From assembly GCA_963790475.1 (NCBI GenBank), contig CAWBOS010000010.1:640001-704000 (forward strand): 64,000 bases of DNA, written 5' to 3'. The first letter of the stretch is position 1. Each line of letters opens with the position of its first letter. The translations under genes and the position numbers were made by a program. Below, piece by piece: positions 32,468 through 42,182 of this stretch. The notes below the pieces were generated by a model. It did no database searches and was not told where the DNA came from. It was given only the letters and a program-made list of their open reading frames with translations. Origin of the DNA: an uncultured delta proteobacterium. GTDB taxonomy: Bacteria; Desulfobacterota; RBG-13-43-22.

Positions 32468-32940
32468 AAAAAATTATCATCGGGCTCATATTCGTTTTTT
32501 CAGGGGTTTCAATCTCCAATTTTCTCCCGGCCTATGGTCAGGAGGACCCGGGCAAAATTATCGACCAAAAACGCCAAGAACTAACTGAGAAAGAGAGGCG
32601 GCTTAAAAGCGAGGAAGAGCGAATAAAGAATATCGAAAAAGAAGTGGAAGCCAAGATTCAAAAGCTGAACCAACTGCTGAGCCAGATCGAAAACAATCTA
32701 AGAAGACTGGCCGAGGTCCGATCGGAACGTATAGGACATCTTGTAAAAACCTTTGAAGCCATGCCTCCGGAAGAAGCAGCCGTCAGGCTGTCGAGCCTGG
32801 ACAAGGCTCTCACCCTTCAAATTCTTTTTAAAATGAACAGCAAGAAGGCCGGACCTGTTATGGCTTTGATGGAACCCAAAAAAGTAGCCGAAATTGCCGA
32901 GGCGATTTCCAAGACCGAGAAAAAAATTCCCACCCGATGA
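32464..32940 (+). CDS. MotE/YlxF (MgtE_N-like) flagellar protein
   Basis: Signal peptide, coiled coil, LVKTFEAMPPEEAA..MNSKKAG..MEPKK. Confidence 0.8.
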   Translation: MKKIIIGLIFVFSGVSISNFLPAYGQEDPGKIIDQKRQELTEKERRLKSEEERIKNIEKEVEAKIQKLNQLLSQIENNLRRLAEVRSERIGHLVKTFEAMPPEEAAVRLSSLDKALTLQILFKMNSKKAGPVMALMEPKKVAEIAEAISKTEKKIPTR

Positions 32941-33141
32941 AAACTTTTCCCAGGAAATAATCCCTCTCCTGAAAAGCTCTTCTATTTTTTCTTTGACGCT
33001 CTTAAAGTTATTCAACTCCCCAGGTTAATCAAGTCATCAATGTAATAAAATAATCAGTAATATCATATTGTTAATTTAGCATCGTTTCAACCCCCTCAAA
33101 TAAGAATACAATCTTTCTAATCTAAGGGAGTCAAAAAAGGC

Positions 33142-33157
33142 TGGCATGGTTATTGAT
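33142..33157 (+). promoter_or_regulatory. Sigma54-like promoter of fliK-flgD-flgE (non-canonical -12)
   Basis: TGGCATGGTTATTGAT (GG-N10-GA). Confidence 0.55.
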
Positions 33158-33230
33158 AATTGCTGGGATAGTAGCGATTAATGGACTCAGGTAAAACTCA
33201 ACCCACAAAGAAACCTCAGAGCATGAATCC

Positions 33231-35051
33231 ATGGTTAACGGCTTGATGACGGGATTCTATTCGATGCGGAATGTTGAAAATATGGAAGCTGGAAGTCAAT
33301 TAATAGCAACAAGGAATAACGTTCTTGGAAAGTCTAGTCAAAAAAGTCAATCCGAAGACCGGGCCCCTGATTTTTTAATGGATGTTTTATCCAAACTCCT
33401 TGGATTCGTTAAACAAGATTCAGTGGAAAGCCTGGGAAATTCCAGGGAATTAAATGGACTCAGGAAAGAATCGCCAAACCTTTCCCCGGTCGAATCGGCA
33501 TTCCCCAAAGAGCAACCTGAAAATAAAACCAGTGTGGATCACGCATTAAGCTTCCCAATGGAGACCCCCGATATTAAAGATCAAATTAAGGGAAAGGGGG
33601 ATGGGGATCAAGAAAATAAAACCAACCAGTTTGACACCTTTCCTTCTTTAGAATCTTTTTTTACTGGGAAAGGGAATATTCTGAAAGATTTTCTCAATAA
33701 GACCGAAGAGGCTAATTCCAGTTTAAACAAGATCCTTCTCTTAGGCAAGGGGGAGGGGCCCCTTACTAAGTCCGATCAGTCTCCTGTTGATGGAACCCAG
33801 ACCCAACGGAAAGACTCCAAACAAGGGGGTCCCGGTTTAGTGAATCCTAAGGAGGAAATGTCGATTGGAGGACAAGGCGATAAGGAAATCTCTTCTAAGG
33901 AAACTGGCAATAATTCCAGTTTAAGCGGTGTCTTTCCCTTAAATATCGGGGAGGGACCTGTCACTCAATCCAATTCCTCTGTTGTCGATGAACCCCAACC
34001 CGGCGAGAAAGGTTCCGGAAAAGGAAGTCCCAGTTCAGTGAACTTGAATGATGAGAGTCTGGTCGAAGGACGTAGACTGAAAGGATCCCTCGATCGGAAA
34101 ACTGGATTAAATCCCAGTTTGGATGATAACCTTCTCATAAATAAATGGAAAACGTTTGTCGAAAAAATTTCCGAACCTCTGGCTGTCGGACCTGACCGGA
34201 ATATCGCCGACCCCGAGGAGGAGAAGTTGGGGTTTAAAAAATCTATTGAGCACACGCCGGGGAAGGATAACCTTAAAAGAGAGGAATTTTATGTCGAAAC
34301 AACAAAGGTCCAGCCCACTCAGGATAAGCAATCTTTCAATTCTATTAGAATTCAAAAGGTGGAAGGGGAGCCCTCAGAAAATGGGAAGGAAAAGCAACCA
34401 GGGGTACCCTTATTTATAAAAGAAGGTTTTTGGAGAGATCCAGGGGGTCCTTTGGCGGTTGAAGACCAAGAAGTTCCGGAAATGAACTTTGACTTTGAAA
34501 GGTTCAATAATAAGTCATTGTCCCAAGGCGGAGATATACTGTCGGTTAAAGGGTCTGGTCCAGTTCAAATTTCCCCTATGGATCTGAAGGACCAGTCCCT
34601 TCGGGATTCGACCGGGACGGGAAAAATTATTATAGATAAACATGAGCCGCTCAATCATTTTCCAAAAACTCTTGAATTAGATTCTCTCAAAGATCACTAT
34701 TTCTCTGTGAAAAAACAGACCTCATCTTCCATGGAAATTTCTCTTGAACCGGCTGGATTGGGAAAGTTAGATATCGAATTGAAATTAACCCAGGACCGGC
34801 TCCAGGGCCAGATTATGGTCAACGATACCGCAGGGAAGGAGTTGATTGAAAAGAATCTTCCCCAACTCCTTTCAGATTTAACCCGTGAGGGCCTTCAGAT
34901 AGGGGGATTTACCGTTTCCCTAAAGAACCAGGGAAGAGGTCAAACTCCGGTCCCGATCCGGACTGAATTTAAAGAACCATCCTTGGTGACGGTGGGTCCT
35001 GAAAGGATTGTTCCCATCCAGGGAGATCATCTCGTCCACATTATTATTTAA
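33231..35051 (+). CDS. fliK: Hook-length control protein FliK
   Basis: Long low-complexity N-terminus; C-terminal LEPAGLGKLDI..L..NLPQL domain; precedes flgD. Confidence 0.88.
   Translation: MVNGLMTGFYSMRNVENMEAGSQLIATRNNVLGKSSQKSQSEDRAPDFLMDVLSKLLGFVKQDSVESLGNSRELNGLRKESPNLSPVESAFPKEQPENKTSVDHALSFPMETPDIKDQIKGKGDGDQENKTNQFDTFPSLESFFTGKGNILKDFLNKTEEANSSLNKILLLGKGEGPLTKSDQSPVDGTQTQRKDSKQGGPGLVNPKEEMSIGGQGDKEISSKETGNNSSLSGVFPLNIGEGPVTQSNSSVVDEPQPGEKGSGKGSPSSVNLNDESLVEGRRLKGSLDRKTGLNPSLDDNLLINKWKTFVEKISEPLAVGPDRNIADPEEEKLGFKKSIEHTPGKDNLKREEFYVETTKVQPTQDKQSFNSIRIQKVEGEPSENGKEKQPGVPLFIKEGFWRDPGGPLAVEDQEVPEMNFDFERFNNKSLSQGGDILSVKGSGPVQISPMDLKDQSLRDSTGTGKIIIDKHEPLNHFPKTLELDSLKDHYFSVKKQTSSSMEISLEPAGLGKLDIELKLTQDRLQGQIMVNDTAGKELIEKNLPQLLSDLTREGLQIGGFTVSLKNQGRGQTPVPIRTEFKEPSLVTVGPERIVPIQGDHLVHIII
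33714..34140 (+). repeat. 198-bp (66-aa) degenerate tandem repeat inside fliK
   Basis: Units start at 33714, 33912 and 34110 (NSSL/NSSL/NPSL), exactly 198 bp apart. Confidence 0.75.
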
Positions 35052-35062
35052 AGGAGGCGCAT

Positions 35063-35482
35063 ATGGCAATTTTACCGATAACCAGCAGTACTGCCGACAT
35101 AAATACCACAAACACCGGCACCACAGCTAAAAGCGGTACCAATACCTTGGATAAGGATGCCTTTTTAAAACTATTTACCACCCAGTTAAGATACCAAGAC
35201 CCTTTAAATCCCATGGACAGTACTGCCTTCCTCACCCAAATGGCCCAATTCACTTCCCTGGAGCAACTTTATAACGTCAATACCAATTTAACCAACATGG
35301 TTTCCTCACAAAATACCCTTCTCCAGGGCATGTCCGTAAACCTGATTGGTAAGACGGTTACCTTACAGGATGGATCTTCCGGTCAAGTCACCGGGATCAG
35401 TTTTGAAGGCGCAAATACCAGTGTGGTGCTCAATAACCAAAAAACGGTTTTATTAACCGAAATTAAAAAAGTATCAAGCTAA
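35063..35482 (+). CDS. flgD: Hook cap FlgD
   Basis: FLKLFTTQLRYQDPLNPMD. Confidence 0.95.
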   Translation: MAILPITSSTADINTTNTGTTAKSGTNTLDKDAFLKLFTTQLRYQDPLNPMDSTAFLTQMAQFTSLEQLYNVNTNLTNMVSSQNTLLQGMSVNLIGKTVTLQDGSSGQVTGISFEGANTSVVLNNQKTVLLTEIKKVSS

Positions 35483-35497
35483 AGGAGGTAACAAATT

Positions 35498-36802
35498 ATG
35501 ATGACATCTCTTTATACCGGGATCAGCGGGATGAATGCCAATGGTACGGCCTTGGCGGTTATTGGGGACAATATCGCCAACCTGAATACCGATGGGTTTA
35601 AGAGTAGCCGGATTACCTTTGGAGACGTATTGAGTCAAACCGTTTCCGGAGGGGCCGGTTCTTCTCAAGTCGGCCGGGGGGTGATGATCAAGGAGGTTGC
35701 GACCCAGTTCACCCAGGGGGCCTTTGAGAGCACCGGTAATGCCCTCGACCTGGCTATTGACGGCGATGGATTTTTCCAGGTCAGGAATGGAAACGCCAAA
35801 TTATACACCCGTGCCGGACAGTTCTCCTTAGATAAGGATGGGAAGGTGGTCAATCCGGACGGCTACGTCCTACAGGCCTTCCTGGCCGATGCCTCCGGAA
35901 AAATCAGCGGGACCATTGGGGATCTGGTTTTTTCCAATGCACCGAGTCAGGCCGAACCGACGACCTCCTCCGAAGTTGCCGTCAATTTGAACGCCAGTGA
36001 AACTGCGCAAACAACTGCCTTTACCCTGGACGGGAATGGAGATGGCGTTAATGATGATCCAGCTAATTATAACAGTTCTACGACCGTCAGCGTCTATGAT
36101 TCTTTGGGAGGAGACCACAAGGTAACTCTGTATTTTTCCAAAACGGCGGCCAATACCTGGGAGGTCAATTATGTTTACGACAATCCGGATACGGCAGATC
36201 CCAACAAACTGGTTCTGGCTGGAACGCAAGCCCTCAGTTTTGATACCGACGGCGCCTTAATCGATGATAACAGCGGGACACCCATTACTTTTGATTTCGG
36301 AACGAGTGTTGTATCCCCCCAGTCCATTTCCTTCAATTTCGGCACCGGCACCGGGGAAACTCCGGCTGGAACCGGTTTTGACGGCACCACCCAGTATGAA
36401 TCCACTTTCAGTGTATCTAATGCCACCCAAAACGGTTACGGGGCTGGAACATTTAAAAACATCACCTTTAATGAAAACGGTACTGTTTCCGCTGTCTTTA
36501 CCAACGGCCAGTCGAGAGTTATCGGGCAGATGGCCTTGGGTCGGTTTCTGGACCCTGGCAGCTTGAGCAAATTAGGGCGAAACATGTTTGCCGAAACCTA
36601 TGATTCCGGTCCGGCGGTTATCGGCGCCCCCGAAGAGTCAGGGATCGGACGGCTGTTATCCAATACCCTGGAATTAAGTAACGTGGATCTGGCCCAGGAA
36701 TTTGTTAAAATGATTGCCGCCCAAAGGGCCTTTCAAGCCAACTCCAAGATCATTACCACAACGGACGAGATGATGCAGGAATTGGTCAATCTTAAAAGGT
36801 AA
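35498..36802 (+). CDS. flgE: Hook protein FlgE
   Basis: NIANLNT, YTRAGQF, YDSLG, LELSNVDL..QRAFQAN. Confidence 0.96.
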   Translation: MMTSLYTGISGMNANGTALAVIGDNIANLNTDGFKSSRITFGDVLSQTVSGGAGSSQVGRGVMIKEVATQFTQGAFESTGNALDLAIDGDGFFQVRNGNAKLYTRAGQFSLDKDGKVVNPDGYVLQAFLADASGKISGTIGDLVFSNAPSQAEPTTSSEVAVNLNASETAQTTAFTLDGNGDGVNDDPANYNSSTTVSVYDSLGGDHKVTLYFSKTAANTWEVNYVYDNPDTADPNKLVLAGTQALSFDTDGALIDDNSGTPITFDFGTSVVSPQSISFNFGTGTGETPAGTGFDGTTQYESTFSVSNATQNGYGAGTFKNITFNENGTVSAVFTNGQSRVIGQMALGRFLDPGSLSKLGRNMFAETYDSGPAVIGAPEESGIGRLLSNTLELSNVDLAQEFVKMIAAQRAFQANSKIITTTDEMMQELVNLKR

Positions 36803-36827
36803 GAATTTCCTTTTGGTCAACCTTTAA

Positions 36828-36865
36828 GAAGAGGGGAAAAGAGCTTCGGTGCCTTTCCCCTTTTT
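36828..36865 (+). terminator. Intrinsic terminator after flgE
   Basis: AGGGGAAA / TTTCCCCT stem plus T run. Confidence 0.65.
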
Positions 36866-37084
36866 GGCTTCTTGCTAAAGCTTAGGTGGATATTTTTGAA
36901 TCTTTCCCTCTTCAGTTGTTAAACTCCGGTCGGTAATTCAATCCAGCCATCGGCAGTAATAACCTCCCAACTGCCGAAGTCCCTATTCAGTCTTTGATGT
37001 ACCGGCAGCTGCTTGAAAATTTTTTGCATTACCATTCCATTGACCTAACTTTATTCCCATCTCCCATATCAACAAGAATACCAA

Positions 37085-37098
37085 GTCATTTCTTTGAC
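37085..37098. promoter_or_regulatory. FleQ/FlrA-type box upstream of fliL
   Basis: GTCATTTCTTTGAC (GTCA-N6-TGAC). Confidence 0.55.
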
Positions 37099-37160
37099 GT
37101 TCAAGTTCCTTCTGGAATGGGTAATTATAAGAAATTGAATATTTTAAATAGGTTAAAATT

Positions 37161-37176
37161 AGGCATGATTTTTGAA
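37161..37176 (+). promoter_or_regulatory. Sigma54-like promoter of the fliL operon (non-canonical -12)
   Basis: AGGCATGATTTTTGAA (GG-N10-GA). Confidence 0.5.
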
Positions 37177-37254
37177 ATACTAAAAGAAAACGAAATCAAT
37201 TACGCAGTTTATTCCAACCAACACCTTGATTGTTTCCTGTAGAAGGATTGACCA

Positions 37255-37764
37255 ATGAACGAGGAAAAAGAAGATATCATGATTGACGACCTGGAAGAAG
37301 GTTCTTCTGAAACTGAAAAAGCCTCCCCCAAGGGCCTGGGGATGAAGACCATGATCATTCTGGGGGGCTTGATCCTGATTTTATGCGCCGGTGGGTATTT
37401 GGGTTATACCTTGCTTTTTGTGGAGAAAAGCAAGGCGGAAAAGATCGAGGAGAAAAAGGCCAAGGAGAAAATGGTTCTTTTTTCAATGGATCCTTTCGTG
37501 CTGAATCTTTCAGACCCCGGAAGACATTTGAAAGTGGCCGTCCAATTTGAATTAATTCGTGAAGAAGATGAACTAAAAGTCAAAGAGAGGGGGCCAAAAT
37601 TGCGGGATACCATCATTATGTTGTTCAGCAGTAAAACGACGGATTCTGTATCTTCGCCTGAAGGAAAATTCCAATTGAAAGACGAGATCCTGCTCCGGGC
37701 CAACCAGGCCATGGAAAAGGAAGTTTTCAGAAATGTCTACTTTACGGATTTTGTGATGCAATGA
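37255..37764 (+). CDS. fliL: FliL
   Basis: Single TM, FVLNL, LRD, VYFTDFVMQ. Confidence 0.93.
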   Translation: MNEEKEDIMIDDLEEGSSETEKASPKGLGMKTMIILGGLILILCAGGYLGYTLLFVEKSKAEKIEEKKAKEKMVLFSMDPFVLNLSDPGRHLKVAVQFELIREEDELKVKERGPKLRDTIIMLFSSKTTDSVSSPEGKFQLKDEILLRANQAMEKEVFRNVYFTDFVMQ

Positions 37765-38735
37765 ACAATCTACTTTCGCAAGATGAAGTGGATGCCCTGT
37801 TGAAGGGCATGGATTCGGGGGAGATCGAAACTGAGTCCAAGAAAGAGGCCTCCTACGAAGTACGGACCTTTGACTTCACCAGTCATGAGCGGGTTATTCG
37901 GGGTCGGATGCCCGGGCTGGAAATGGCCAACGAACGTTTTGGGCGTTTTTTCCGAAATTCCATTTCCGGCATACTTATGAAGTTTGTTGACGTTACCATT
38001 CAGGGTCACGATTTAATAAAATTCGGGGAATTTATGAGGACCCTGCCCCTTCCATCGAGTATCAATATCTTCAAGATGGAACCCTTAAAAGGATTTGCCC
38101 TGGTGGTGATTGAAGCCCCGATGGTTTTTGCCTTTATCGATCAATTTTTTGGCGGTGGAAGTAAGCCCTGGGTGAAAAGTGAAGGGCGGTATTTTACTCC
38201 TATTGAACAAAAAATTATCAAAAAAATTGTGGACACCGCATTAAAAGATTTGGCCGAGGCCTGGCAGGGGATCTTTCCTATGGTACCGGAACACATCAGT
38301 TCCGAAATGAACCCGCAGTTTGTGACTATTGTCACCCCCTCTGAAGCGGTCATCAGGATTGAGATTCATATTGAGATAGAAAATTTTGTCGGTAAGCTCT
38401 TTTTCTGTATTCCTTACTCAATCGTAGAACCGGTTAAGGATAAGTTGTTCTCGGGCATCCGAAACGATGTACTGGCCAGTGATGAACGATGGATCGCCAG
38501 ATTAAGGGAAATTTTGAAGGAATCATTTGTCAATCTTCAAGTAGACATGGGAAGCGCGGAATTGTCCCTGCGGGACCTGGTCAATATGGAAAAGGGCAAT
38601 GTGATCACGCTACAGACCTCGGTATCCGATGAATTGATCATTCGGGTGGAAGGGATCCCCAAAATGAAAGGGACCGCCGGTTCCTACCGAGGGAATCAAG
38701 GGATTAAAGTTACAAAAATTATTGAAAATAATTGA
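37761..38735 (+). CDS. fliM: Motor switch protein FliM
   Basis: LSQDEVDALL, FFGG, FTPIE. Confidence 0.96.
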   Translation: MNNLLSQDEVDALLKGMDSGEIETESKKEASYEVRTFDFTSHERVIRGRMPGLEMANERFGRFFRNSISGILMKFVDVTIQGHDLIKFGEFMRTLPLPSSINIFKMEPLKGFALVVIEAPMVFAFIDQFFGGGSKPWVKSEGRYFTPIEQKIIKKIVDTALKDLAEAWQGIFPMVPEHISSEMNPQFVTIVTPSEAVIRIEIHIEIENFVGKLFFCIPYSIVEPVKDKLFSGIRNDVLASDERWIARLREILKESFVNLQVDMGSAELSLRDLVNMEKGNVITLQTSVSDELIIRVEGIPKMKGTAGSYRGNQGIKVTKIIENN

Positions 38736-38744
38736 GGAGCGGGC

Positions 38745-39080
38745 ATGGAACAAAAAGCGGAATCCAAGGAACAGGAAATAAGTTTTGAAGAGCTTAACGA
38801 GAATAAGTCCTCCGGTCCTGCGCGTGACTTAGAGTTTCTCCTGGACATCCCCTTATTGGTTTCCGTAGAGCTGGGGAGGACCAAAATGCTGATCAACGAT
38901 CTTTTGCAATTAGGGCAGGGTTCGGTAGTCGAATTGGAAAAGCTAGCCGGCGAACCGATGGAGATTTATGTGAACAGCCGGTTGATTGCCCGGGGGGAAG
39001 TCGTCGTGGTCAATGAAAAATTCGGTGTCCGACTTACTGATATCGTCAGTCCTTCTGAAAGGGTCAGGCAGCTGAGATGA
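38745..39080 (+). CDS. fliN: Motor switch protein FliN
   Basis: LLDIPL..ELGRT..ARGEVVVVNEKFGVR. Confidence 0.96.
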   Translation: MEQKAESKEQEISFEELNENKSSGPARDLEFLLDIPLLVSVELGRTKMLINDLLQLGQGSVVELEKLAGEPMEIYVNSRLIARGEVVVVNEKFGVRLTDIVSPSERVRQLR

Positions 39081-39391
39081 TTGAAAACTCCCTCACCTTT
39101 ATTACAGCCTTGGTAGGGTTGATCCTATCGATGGTGGTTCTCGGGGTTTTATATAAGAGGAAACAAAAGCAATCTCATATCTTCCATATGGTGGCTTACC
39201 AATCGCTCGGTTCTAAAAAAGGAGTCGCTGCCCTTCAGGTGGGCAATGAGATTCTACTGCTCGGCATCATGCCTAACGGCTTAAGGGTTTTAAAGACGAT
39301 GGAAGCCAAGGAAGTGATCGAGGACCGGGAAGCCTCTTATTCCGACCGGATGGAAAAGCTGAGAAAGCTTAAAGAGGAAATCGATGAATAA
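39077..39391 (+). CDS. fliO: FliO
   Basis: TM plus SLGSKK..QVG..LLLG; between fliN and fliP. Confidence 0.8.
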   Translation: MIENSLTFITALVGLILSMVVLGVLYKRKQKQSHIFHMVAYQSLGSKKGVAALQVGNEILLLGIMPNGLRVLKTMEAKEVIEDREASYSDRMEKLRKLKEEIDE

Positions 39392-40043
39392 CATTCCGGA
39401 TATCGGTAAAGGTCTTGATCTGAATAATCCTGTCTTGTCGATTTTTTTTATCATCAGCCTCTTGTCCCTCCTGCCGGCTATCCTGGTCATGCTCACCTCT
39501 TTTACCCGGATCGTGGTGGTTCTGACCTTGTTACGACAAGGATTGGGAAGCCCGCAAATCCCTCCCAATCCGGTCATCATCGGCCTCTCTTTATTTCTGA
39601 CTTTATTCATTATGTCTCCGACCATCAGCGCGATCAATACCGACGCCATTCAGCCCTTTTCCGAAAAAAAAATCACCATGACCGAGGCCTTTAACCGGGC
39701 CGAACCCTCCATTAAAAAATTCATGCTCAAGCAGACTCGGCAAAAGGATATCGCCCTTTTTGTCAAGCTGGCCAAGGAAAAGGTGCCCACGCAACCAGGT
39801 GATGTACCCCTGAAGATATTGATTCCAGCTTTTGCCATCAGTGAGCTGAAGACGTCTTTTGAAATCGGCTTTTTGATTTTTCTGCCTTTTCTGGTCATTG
39901 ATATGGTGGTGGCCAGCATTTTATTGTCCATGGGGATGATGATGCTTCCCCCGGTAATGATATCGTTACCTTTCAAATTATTGTTGTTCGTCTTGGTGGA
40001 TGGTTGGAATTTATTAATCGGTTCCATTGTGAGGACTTTCTAA
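39384..40043 (+). CDS. fliP: Export gate FliP
   Basis: [21 protein letters not shown]. Confidence 0.96.
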   Translation: MNNIPDIGKGLDLNNPVLSIFFIISLLSLLPAILVMLTSFTRIVVVLTLLRQGLGSPQIPPNPVIIGLSLFLTLFIMSPTISAINTDAIQPFSEKKITMTEAFNRAEPSIKKFMLKQTRQKDIALFVKLAKEKVPTQPGDVPLKILIPAFAISELKTSFEIGFLIFLPFLVIDMVVASILLSMGMMMLPPVMISLPFKLLLFVLVDGWNLLIGSIVRTF

Positions 40044-40312
40044 TGAGTGTAGAGACCTTAAAAGAAATATTTTTGAATTTATTTATGACGATTCTCATCA
40101 CCGCCGGCCCAGTCCTGATGGTCAGTTTATTGGTAGGCCTGGTTATCAGCTTTCTACAGGCCGTGACCCAGATCCAGGAATTCACTTTGACCTTTGTCCC
40201 TAAAATCATTGCCGTCTTTGTTTGTTTTTATTTGATGCTGCCCTGGATGGCCAGAATTGTCACCCAATATACCGCGAACATCATTGAAAATATTCCCCTG
40301 TACATTAAATGA
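40043..40312 (+). CDS. fliQ: Export gate FliQ
   Basis: QAVTQIQEFTLTFVPK; start ATG 40043 overlaps the fliP stop. Confidence 0.95.
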   Translation: MSVETLKEIFLNLFMTILITAGPVLMVSLLVGLVISFLQAVTQIQEFTLTFVPKIIAVFVCFYLMLPWMARIVTQYTANIIENIPLYIK

Positions 40313-40369
40313 AGACCACCGAAAAACGGATCCCCCCCTTTGGGGACTTCATCGTCAAGGATTAATAAC

Positions 40370-41131
40370 TTGGAAAACCCTTTTGTGTTAGCTAAATATT
40401 TTTCGAATTTTCTCATTCTCCTGATCCGTCTCGGGGTCATCTTGTTTCTTCTGCCCTTCTGGAGCGGAAAACAATTTCCCCGACTGTTTAAAATCGGATT
40501 TATCCTGGCCCTGGCTTATGTGCTCGCCCCGGTGATTCCCATGGAGATCAGGAACCAAGAGATTCCGATGATCGTCATCCAAGAACTCCTCTTAGGGGCA
40601 ACCCTGGGTTTTGGCGTAAAATTTATTTTCATGGCCGTGGAATTTGCCGGCACCATGATAAGTGATGCCATGGGCATTTCCATTGCCTCGGTATTCAATC
40701 CGGAAATGGGGCGGTCTACTGAAGTATCGACTATATTGGGGCTGATGGCCATGCTGCTTTTTTTGGCCCTGGATCTTCATCATGATTTGATAGCCATGAT
40801 TGTTAAAAGCTACGAGGTTTTGCCGGTAGGACACCTGCGGACTGACAATTTGTTGCTCAAAGGAATTTCGATCGGCGGGCAGGTTTTTGTTCTGGCCATT
40901 AAGATAGCCTCACCGATTCTGGTAGGCATGATCATTGTCAATGTCCTCATGGGGTTTATTTACAAGGCGGCCCCTCAGGTTAACATTTTTTTTGTCAGCA
41001 TACCGGTTTATGTGGTCATCGGGCTTTTGATATTATTCTTATCCACCCCCTTGTTGTTCAATTACCTCGGAGCTCAATTTTCGGGTCTAAAAGGAGAGAT
41101 CAACCGTATCCTAATCCTGGGAAAAGGATGA
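40370..41131 (+). CDS. fliR: Export gate FliR (start uncertain; TTG 40370 after AAGGA chosen)
   Basis: AG..I...MG, FNP, HH, KAAPQVNIF. Confidence 0.88.
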   Translation: MENPFVLAKYFSNFLILLIRLGVILFLLPFWSGKQFPRLFKIGFILALAYVLAPVIPMEIRNQEIPMIVIQELLLGATLGFGVKFIFMAVEFAGTMISDAMGISIASVFNPEMGRSTEVSTILGLMAMLLFLALDLHHDLIAMIVKSYEVLPVGHLRTDNLLLKGISIGGQVFVLAIKIASPILVGMIIVNVLMGFIYKAAPQVNIFFVSIPVYVVIGLLILFLSTPLLFNYLGAQFSGLKGEINRILILGKG

Positions 41132-41141
41132 TCCAATAGAA

Positions 41142-42182
41142 ATGGCTGAGAACCAGGACAAAACCGAAAAAGCAACCCCGCGAAGACGACAAAAGGCTCG
41201 GGAGAAAGGTCAGGTGCCCAGGAGCCGTGACCTGGTCTCCATCGCCAATATCGGAGGGATTCTCCTGGTGTTCTATTTCGGAATAAAACCTTTTTGGGAA
41301 AGAATGAGTAGAACCACGACCTCCTTATTGAGCTTACACTATGGACAGGACCCCTTTGTGGTTTTTCGAATGGTCACGGTGGAAACGATCCTAGTACTCC
41401 TTCCTTTTTTCCTGGTCATCCTGGCCGCCTCGATAGGGTTCAATCTCATTCAGGGAGGATTGGTCTTCAAACCTGTCCAGTTCGAAATGAAGAAAATAAA
41501 TCCCTTGGCCGGGTTTAAAAACATCTATTCGGTCAATGGGATGACGGAAGCCTTTAAGAGCCTGATCAAGTTTTCTGTAGGGGTCTTTCTTATTTATCAT
41601 TTTATAAAAAAAAGTCTGGAGATCTTCCCCTATTTAATGACCCTGGAATTGTTGGAATTGGCCCAAGTCGCTGGCGGGTTGATTTTAAGAGCTTTTGTTT
41701 ATGGGTTCTTCTTTTATCTGTCTCTGGCTATTCTCGATTTTTTTATGCAAAAAAAGAAATTCGAACGGTCTTTGAGGATGAGTAAGCAGGAAATCAAGGA
41801 GGAATCCAAAGAAATAGAAGGGAACCCACTGATTAAATCCCGGGTTCGAAGTTTGCAGAGGGAAATGGCCAGAAGACGTATGATGGCCGAAGTTCCCAAG
41901 GCCACCGTGATCATTACCAATCCGCAACATCTCGCCGTCGCCCTTTGCTATCAGGAAAAGAAACTGGCGGCTCCCAGAGTAGTAGCCAAGGGGGCGGGTT
42001 TGGTGGCCCAAAAAATAAAGGAAGTGGCCCGTCGGCACGGGATTCCCATCGTGGAGGATAAACCTCTGGCGCGCTTATTGTTTCCCTTGGATTTGAATGC
42101 CTTTATTCCCCCAGACCTTTATAAGGCAGTGGCCAAGATCATCGCCCACCTTTATAAGATGAAGAATAGAAGGGCCGTATGA
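41142..42182 (+). CDS. flhB: Export switch FlhB
   Basis: KTEKATPRR, EGNP, ITNPQH, VAKG, PLAR. Confidence 0.96.
   Translation: MAENQDKTEKATPRRRQKAREKGQVPRSRDLVSIANIGGILLVFYFGIKPFWERMSRTTTSLLSLHYGQDPFVVFRMVTVETILVLLPFFLVILAASIGFNLIQGGLVFKPVQFEMKKINPLAGFKNIYSVNGMTEAFKSLIKFSVGVFLIYHFIKKSLEIFPYLMTLELLELAQVAGGLILRAFVYGFFFYLSLAILDFFMQKKKFERSLRMSKQEIKEESKEIEGNPLIKSRVRSLQREMARRRMMAEVPKATVIITNPQHLAVALCYQEKKLAAPRVVAKGAGLVAQKIKEVARRHGIPIVEDKPLARLLFPLDLNAFIPPDLYKAVAKIIAHLYKMKNRRAV

Noticed and set aside
36950-36977. Hairpin TCGGCAGT / ACTGCCGA with faint GEMM-like flanks
   Set aside because: The resemblance is on the opposite strand to fliL and the first riboswitch stem with its GNRA loop is missing
41916-41930. 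FlhB NPQH instead of NPTH
   Set aside because: The Asn-Pro autocleavage pair is retained; likely a tolerated variant
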